In this document: positions 58,824-64,000 of the stretch, one piece after another
Numbering within the stretch: the stretch's first letter is position 1
How the letters are laid out: every line of letters starts with the position of its first letter
Assembly (NCBI GenBank): GCA_965242695.1
Contig: CBDESU010000002.1
Coordinates: forward strand, 736,001 to 800,000
Direction: 5' to 3'
Origin: Cenarchaeum sp.
GTDB taxonomy: Archaea; Thermoproteota; Nitrososphaeria; Nitrososphaerales; Nitrosopumilaceae
Length of the DNA stretch: 64,000 nucleotides
Notes under the pieces: model-generated
Told to the model about the DNA's origin: nothing
The model's input: the letters and a program-made list of their open reading frames with translations, nothing else
The model's database searches: none
Program-made: the position numbers and the translations under genes

Positions 58824-60513
58824 CACCATACGGCTACATAGGCTCACCGGTGATGCATTTGTGAGTTTGCGTAACTATGCGAGCAACCACCCTGATGCTT
58901 ATTGTGACCCTAATGCCGACTTTGGGAAGATTCTTGAATCATGTTGTGATAAAAGCTATTCAAACCCTGTAAACATTACCCTAGATTCTGCCCTGTCCCT
59001 AAAGGAACCACTAGAATATAGTAAAAGCAATGCCAAACGTCATCTTGCAGACAAACAAGCTTTAGATTTCTATAAATCTTTGAAGGGCATGACGCCCAGA
59101 CTGGCCTCTGATCCTTATATTTTAGCCTACATAAACCACTTTTATCTTCATAAATATGGTATCCAGAGATGGCCTATAAGTAAAGAAAAACAGGCGCCAG
59201 CCACTGAGCAAGCGGCACCTACATCGACTAGTGCGCCATTAGGACTGAGCAAGAGAGCATCTCACATTCGGCTACACTGGTTGACCTCTAGTAACCAGCG
59301 TCAACAGATATGGAATGCCAGTATTGCTGGCCGTACATGGTGGATTGCACATGTAGCGATTAAAGCGGCTGATGCTTCAGGAGGGGCCTTTACAGCTAAA
59401 GATGCGTTGGATCTTTTTGCGGAGACGCCCGAGTATTACCACAGAACAATGGAGTATGTAGTTCTCAGGAATCCAGTTCTCCTAGCAGAGTGTGTCCGCG
59501 CACTAATGAATGAAGCTCGTGGGATTAATCGCAGTGGATATAGAGAAATGGGAATGGAACTAAACCGTGAAGCCGGCGCGCGAGTGCTTGATTCACTTAA
59601 CCGAAACGACCTACGAAGGCTTGTTCATCGATCTGCCGATCGTCTTATGCGCATGAAAGACTACGTAAACGATCGCCATCACCTCGTTGGTGTCGACAAG
59701 TTCAATGTACTTAGCCTCGGGGCAGGCGCACAATCGACGGTGCTTGCACTCATGGCAGAGGAGGGGTGGGAAGGCTTAGAAAAACCCGATCTCGCGATAT
59801 TCGCTGATACGCAATGGGAACCACGTGCGGTGTATGATCACCTAAAATGGCTTAAGAGCCAATTGTCCTATGAGGTAGTTACGGTTACGGCCGGTGACAT
59901 AAAAGACAACATGCTTCACGGCGTCAACCCTGATGGTGACAAGTTCCTTGACGTACCGGTATTCTTACGCAATGCGGACGGAACTAAGTCCGTGGCAGCT
60001 AGGCAATGCACCACTCACTACAAAATAATACCCATACACAAAGAAATCCGAAAAAGACTTAAAATCCCTGCTGGCAAGCGTGTTCCTAAAGACGTCCAAG
60101 TCGTGATGTGGTTAGGAATAAGCGCAGACGAGTCAACTAGAATGAAGCCTAGCAGGGATGAATGGATAGACAACCGATACCCGCTAGTTGAGATGAGCAT
60201 GACTCGAGCCGATATATACAAGTGGTTTGGAGATCGCTACCCTGATCGACATCTACCCCGCAGTGCTTGCGTGGGTTGCCCGTACCACGACGATATGGAG
60301 TGGAAATGGATCAAGGACAACGAACCCGAGTCATTCAAGGATGCTGTGAACATTGATTGGTCTTTGCGCAATGTGCCTGCCGCACGTGGTTCACTACGCG
60401 GGGAGGCATACCTACACAAGTCGAGAATGCCGCTAAGTGACATTGACTTTTCGCAAACTCGTGACTATGATGACTACATGGCAACTGAATGTGAGGGGTT
60501 GTGCGGTGTCTAA
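58807..60513 (+). CDS. DUF6339-like domain fused to a PAPS-reductase-like (PP-loop) Cys-rich domain
   Basis: N-half: ASDPYILAYINH...RW...GRTWW...LNREAGARVLDSL. C-half: LSLGAGAQST, FADTQWE, RQCTTHYKIIPI, GISADESTR, SACVGCPYH, ECEGLCGV. Confidence 0.75.
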   Translation: MFHLTDTIRLHRLTGDAFVSLRNYASNHPDAYCDPNADFGKILESCCDKSYSNPVNITLDSALSLKEPLEYSKSNAKRHLADKQALDFYKSLKGMTPRLASDPYILAYINHFYLHKYGIQRWPISKEKQAPATEQAAPTSTSAPLGLSKRASHIRLHWLTSSNQRQQIWNASIAGRTWWIAHVAIKAADASGGAFTAKDALDLFAETPEYYHRTMEYVVLRNPVLLAECVRALMNEARGINRSGYREMGMELNREAGARVLDSLNRNDLRRLVHRSADRLMRMKDYVNDRHHLVGVDKFNVLSLGAGAQSTVLALMAEEGWEGLEKPDLAIFADTQWEPRAVYDHLKWLKSQLSYEVVTVTAGDIKDNMLHGVNPDGDKFLDVPVFLRNADGTKSVAARQCTTHYKIIPIHKEIRKRLKIPAGKRVPKDVQVVMWLGISADESTRMKPSRDEWIDNRYPLVEMSMTRADIYKWFGDRYPDRHLPRSACVGCPYHDDMEWKWIKDNEPESFKDAVNIDWSLRNVPAARGSLRGEAYLHKSRMPLSDIDFSQTRDYDDYMATECEGLCGV

Positions 60514-60847
60514 TCTGACAAATTTTCTCACGAGAGATTTTATGTCGTTTGGCCATGGTTGCCACGAGGTGATTGATCCTGGGCCGGGATTGTATGCAAT
60601 GTGGTTGCGCGGCCAGTGCATATACGTGGGAATGAGCGAGGATCTTCACAGACGCATTTTTCAGCATGTGGCCTCCGAGGACAACCAGGATCTTGCCAAT
60701 TATTACCGACAATTTCCTGGCGAGATTCGAATAGCTATCGTGCACGTGGATGCCAAAGCAGATCAACTCCGTCGACTTGAGTCTGAGGCCATTGAAAAAC
60801 TCCGACCTATCGTTAACAAGCGTGGTGGAGGTGGCACACGGCAATGA
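60506..60847 (+). CDS. minimal GIY-YIG nuclease
   Basis: GLYAMW...IYVGMS..LHRRIFQH...ESEAIEKLRPIVN; GTG overlaps the upstream stop. Confidence 0.82.
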   Translation: MSNLTNFLTRDFMSFGHGCHEVIDPGPGLYAMWLRGQCIYVGMSEDLHRRIFQHVASEDNQDLANYYRQFPGEIRIAIVHVDAKADQLRRLESEAIEKLRPIVNKRGGGGTRQ

Positions 60848-62154
60848 CCAGCTGTCATCCTGCACTTCGAGGAAAATTCGGGAAAACAGAATATTTTTTG
60901 ACCGTTATGCCGGTAGGCGATCTGGTAAACCGCGTGAAATTTCCTGTTGAGATGCCGGAATGGAAAGAGTATACTATCGAAGAACGCTACCAGCGTAGCC
61001 TTAATATGAAACGCATTATAGAAGAAATGGCCCCGTACTTTGCTCAAGACGATAACCGGTTCACGGGTTCGTTAGTCTTGGCCGTCCAAAATGATGAAAA
61101 CATGGAGTTTGAGCACCTGTCTAAGCTAACGGGAGACTTGGGCGCACTTCCTACCATGTACAAGAGTGCTTCGTCCGAAATGGGGTTTGTTGTCATGTCT
61201 GGGCAAGAAGTACTAGTTCCACTAGATGGGCAGCACCGTGCCAAGGCGTTCAAGATGGCTATTGAAGGCCACGCCCGAAACGATCGTGAACCTCCCGTGA
61301 TACTACCCAACGTAAGTTTTGCTCGCGATATGGTGGCGGTAATACTTGTGCGTTTTGACAAAAAGCTATCACGATACATATTTAACAAGATTAATCGCTA
61401 TGCTAAACCAACCGTCAAGGGGGACAAACTAATCACCGATGACGATGACGCAGTTGCAGTCATGACTCGGGCTCTGATAAGAGACGGTGTGATCCCTGCT
61501 AGGCTAGTCAAGGTTAGCGGTAATACACTCAACCTACGTGCGATCGAATTTACAACACTATCTACTTTCTACGAAGCGAATAAAAAACTCGTCTCAGCAT
61601 TGCCGATTCCTCTTGCGGACAAGCCAGAAAAAATGAATTTAGGTGAACGAGAAAAACGCCTTAAGGAGCTTCAAATTGAGTGGAGGCGTCTATTGTCTGG
61701 TGTCACAGAATGGAAAAGAGCACTTACCGCCTCTGATCAAGGTGGAGACGCGACGCGGATCAAGTTGCGTGAAATTTCCTTGCTTGCCAGGCCCGTTGGG
61801 CAGGCAGCCTTAATTAATGGCTATACATTGGCATGTATGAAAGACAGAACTCGTGCAGACAAAGATGAGCTGGTGGCAAGGATCAATAAGATAGATTGGG
61901 GTGTCAAAGCAGAGCTGTGGAAGGGTTTGCTGGTAGGTCCAAATAACAAAATATTCTCTAGCATGCCTGCAGCTAGGAACGCAGGCTTGATGACTGCACA
62001 CATGATCGGTATCGCATTGACCCGTAAGGAAAAGGAACGCGTCATAAAATTTGTCTACGGTAATGCTTCTATGAACCGCAATTTGCCCAAGCCTATAGCA
62101 CTTTCCCGCTACGAACTAGACGAACATAAGCAACAAGCAAGGGATGGTCTATAA
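60844..62154 (+). CDS. dndB: DGQHR-domain / DndB-family protein
   Basis: YQRSLNMKRI, RFTGSLVLA, PLDGQHRAKA, IFNKINRYAKPT; GGAGGTG Shine-Dalgarno and ATGA overlap. Confidence 0.88.
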   Translation: MTSCHPALRGKFGKTEYFLTVMPVGDLVNRVKFPVEMPEWKEYTIEERYQRSLNMKRIIEEMAPYFAQDDNRFTGSLVLAVQNDENMEFEHLSKLTGDLGALPTMYKSASSEMGFVVMSGQEVLVPLDGQHRAKAFKMAIEGHARNDREPPVILPNVSFARDMVAVILVRFDKKLSRYIFNKINRYAKPTVKGDKLITDDDDAVAVMTRALIRDGVIPARLVKVSGNTLNLRAIEFTTLSTFYEANKKLVSALPIPLADKPEKMNLGEREKRLKELQIEWRRLLSGVTEWKRALTASDQGGDATRIKLREISLLARPVGQAALINGYTLACMKDRTRADKDELVARINKIDWGVKAELWKGLLVGPNNKIFSSMPAARNAGLMTAHMIGIALTRKEKERVIKFVYGNASMNRNLPKPIALSRYELDEHKQQARDGL

Positions 62155-62352
62155 GCGCTGATGCCAGACCCTTGCATTGCCGTTGATAGACCCGCGTCAA
62201 TGCCCGACATTTCGTGGGCGGTGATGTTGATCTAAGCAAGGCACGACTGCGACGTTGTGGCCGCATTATGACTAACCTTTTGTAAACCTGAACCCGAGCT
62301 GTCCCACCCTACGCCCCACAACAGTTATTATCGCACGCGCTCCGTGCCGTGC

Positions 62353-64000
62353 ATGAACATAGCAGGCATCGAGCTGCGCTACCTGACATCCTCGCTCAAT
62401 GAGAAGACCATGGGGTACTACGTGAGCAACATCTACGGCGTCTCGCGGCAGAGCCTCCTGCTCAAGCTGCACCACCCGGACAAGCCCGACATCATGCTCA
62501 TGTTCTCGACCATGGGCCTGTGGGAGAGCGCCGTGCGCATAGGCCAGATCGAGCCGAACAGGCTGCTCGCCCGCCTCCGGCGCGACCTTGCCAGGCTGCG
62601 CGTCGAGGCCGTCGAGCAGCCCGGCACCGAGCGCATGGCGTACGTGCGGTTCGGCGGCTTTGGGCGCGAGCGCGTGCTCGCCGGCGAGTTCTTCGGCGAC
62701 GGCAACATAGTGCTGTGCGACGGCGACATGAAGATACTCGCGTTGCTCCACTCGCTCGAGGTGCGGCATCGAAAGCTCGCAGTAGGACTTGAGTACGTGC
62801 CTCCTCCTCCGAACAGCGCCGACGTCCTTGCAATTACGGGCGGGCAGCTCGGCGAGGCGCTTCGGAGCGCGGGAGGCGCCGGCGGCGGCAGCCGCCTGCA
62901 GGCCGACCGCTGGCTCGGGCGCACCCTGGGCCTGCCGGCCAGGTACGTCGGGCGCATGCTAGAGCTTGCCGAAATAGATCCGGCCGCTCCGTGCTCGGGC
63001 CTGTCGGATGCAAGCCTTGACGCCATAGCAGAATCTGTGCGGAAGATTGCCGGCGACGTTGCCGCCGGCCGCCACGATCCGGCCGTCGTCGCGTCAGGCG
63101 GAACAGGAAGCGGCGGCGCAGAGGTGCACCCCGTCGTGCTGTCCGGCAAGCCGGAGGCTGAAGGTAACCTGCGCACCCCTCTCGGCACGTTTGAGGAGGG
63201 CTTGGATCGCCTGTTTACCGAGCAGATACTAGAGGCCGGCAGGGCCGGCCAGTCTAGCGGCTCGGACTCGCGCATCGGCGAGCTGCGCGCGCAGATCAAG
63301 GACCAGACTGACGCGGCGGCAGCCGTCCGGGAAAGGGCGGCGAGGATATCGTCGCTCGCCGGGGCCCTCCAGGCAACGGCCGCATCGGCCCGGTCCCTGT
63401 CCGATCCCGCCGCCGCGGGCATCCTGGCGGGGCACGGCGCCGAGCGGCTCTCCGACAGGGGCGCCCCCGTCGTACAGGTAGCAGGCGTGCGCATTGCGGT
63501 GGATCCCGCCGCATCGCTGCACTCGACCGCATCGCGCCTGTACGACGAGGCCAAGCGCCAGTCGGCTGCGGCCCCGCGCATCGAGGCGCTGCGCAAAAAG
63601 GCCGAGCGGCGGCTGGCCGAGCTGCAGGACCGCTCAGAGGCCGAGCGCCAGTCCGTCACATTCACCGAGGTCCGCAAGAAGGCGTGGTACGAGAGGTACC
63701 GCTGGTTCTTTACGACCGGCGGCCTGCTCGCCGTAGGCGGCCGCGACTCGTCGTCGAACTCGTCGATCATACGCAAGCACCTCGAGCCCGGAGATGCCGT
63801 GTTCCACGCCGAGGTAGGCGGCTCGCCGTTCTTTGTCCTAAAGGGGGCGCTCGCGCGGGGCCGGCCGGCGCAGCCGCAGCAGCAGGGCCGGAGGCACCAC
63901 CGGGAGGAGCAGGCGCGCGACGCGGCGGCCGCCACAACGGCCGCGGCGGCCGCATCGGCGCAGTCTAGCATCGAGGAGGCGGCCCACGCGACGGTCTGCT
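62353..64000 (+). CDS. rqcH: NFACT/Rqc2 (RqcH) ribosome quality-control protein, 3'-truncated
   Basis: Read directly from the DNA: MNIAGIELRYL...YYVSNIYG...EFFGDGNIVL...WYERYRWFFTTGGLLAVGGRDSSSN...FHAEVGGSPF. Missing from the ORF track because there is no stop in the window. Confidence 0.9.
   Translation, partial: MNIAGIELRYLTSSLNEKTMGYYVSNIYGVSRQSLLLKLHHPDKPDIMLMFSTMGLWESAVRIGQIEPNRLLARLRRDLARLRVEAVEQPGTERMAYVRFGGFGRERVLAGEFFGDGNIVLCDGDMKILALLHSLEVRHRKLAVGLEYVPPPPNSADVLAITGGQLGEALRSAGGAGGGSRLQADRWLGRTLGLPARYVGRMLELAEIDPAAPCSGLSDASLDAIAESVRKIAGDVAAGRHDPAVVASGGTGSGGAEVHPVVLSGKPEAEGNLRTPLGTFEEGLDRLFTEQILEAGRAGQSSGSDSRIGELRAQIKDQTDAAAAVRERAARISSLAGALQATAASARSLSDPAAAGILAGHGAERLSDRGAPVVQVAGVRIAVDPAASLHSTASRLYDEAKRQSAAAPRIEALRKKAERRLAELQDRSEAERQSVTFTEVRKKAWYERYRWFFTTGGLLAVGGRDSSSNSSIIRKHLEPGDAVFHAEVGGSPFFVLKGALARGRPAQPQQQGRRHHREEQARDAAAATTAAAAASAQSSIEEAAHATVC

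Larger units (their letters stand above)
55760..62330. mobile_element. AT-rich defence-like genomic island (five-gene operon)
   Basis: Sharp compositional shift between two divergent core genes; no integrase or att repeats recognised; boundaries approximate. Confidence 0.72.

Noticed and set aside
56161-62154. Canonical dndBCDE or ssp phosphorothioation locus
   Set aside because: No SMC-like DndD, DndE, SGGKDS-type DndC, SspB/C or cysteine desulfurase recognisable; only a DGQHR gene and a divergent PP-loop domain.

Overview
This is a GC-rich archaeal window. Gene content (two CdvB/ESCRT-III paralogues, GPN GTPase, NFACT/RqcH, cobalamin and queC/queE/folE genes, TATA boxes about 25 nt before leaderless starts) points to Nitrososphaerota (Thaumarchaeota). 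The giant NHL-repeat surface protein and the expanded TPR array suggest a host-associated, possibly sponge-symbiotic, lineage (inference). The housekeeping backbone is interrupted by visibly AT-richer accessory islands. (1) About 25.9-30.0 kb: a NucS-like nuclease with tandem DUF5655-like domains, plus an MvaI-like type II R-M pair. Its methylase carries an in-frame G14 tract and its endonuclease has Asn at the catalytic Asp position, a candidate archaeal phasevarion. (2) About 48.6-49.8 kb: a stand-alone HARE-HTH/PD-(D/E)xK nuclease. (3) About 55.8-62.3 kb, the strongest candidate for an undescribed system: a translationally coupled five-gene operon encoding a GHKL/MORC-like ATPase, an unknown partner, a DUF6339-like::PAPS-reductase-like (PP-loop, Cys-rich) fusion, a minimal GIY-YIG nuclease and a DGQHR/DndB protein, preceded by a second G14 tract. 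It looks like a non-canonical DNA-modification (possibly sulfur/phosphorothioate) defence system with no dndCDE, ssp or methylase genes. All family assignments come from motif recognition by eye; no database searches were run.
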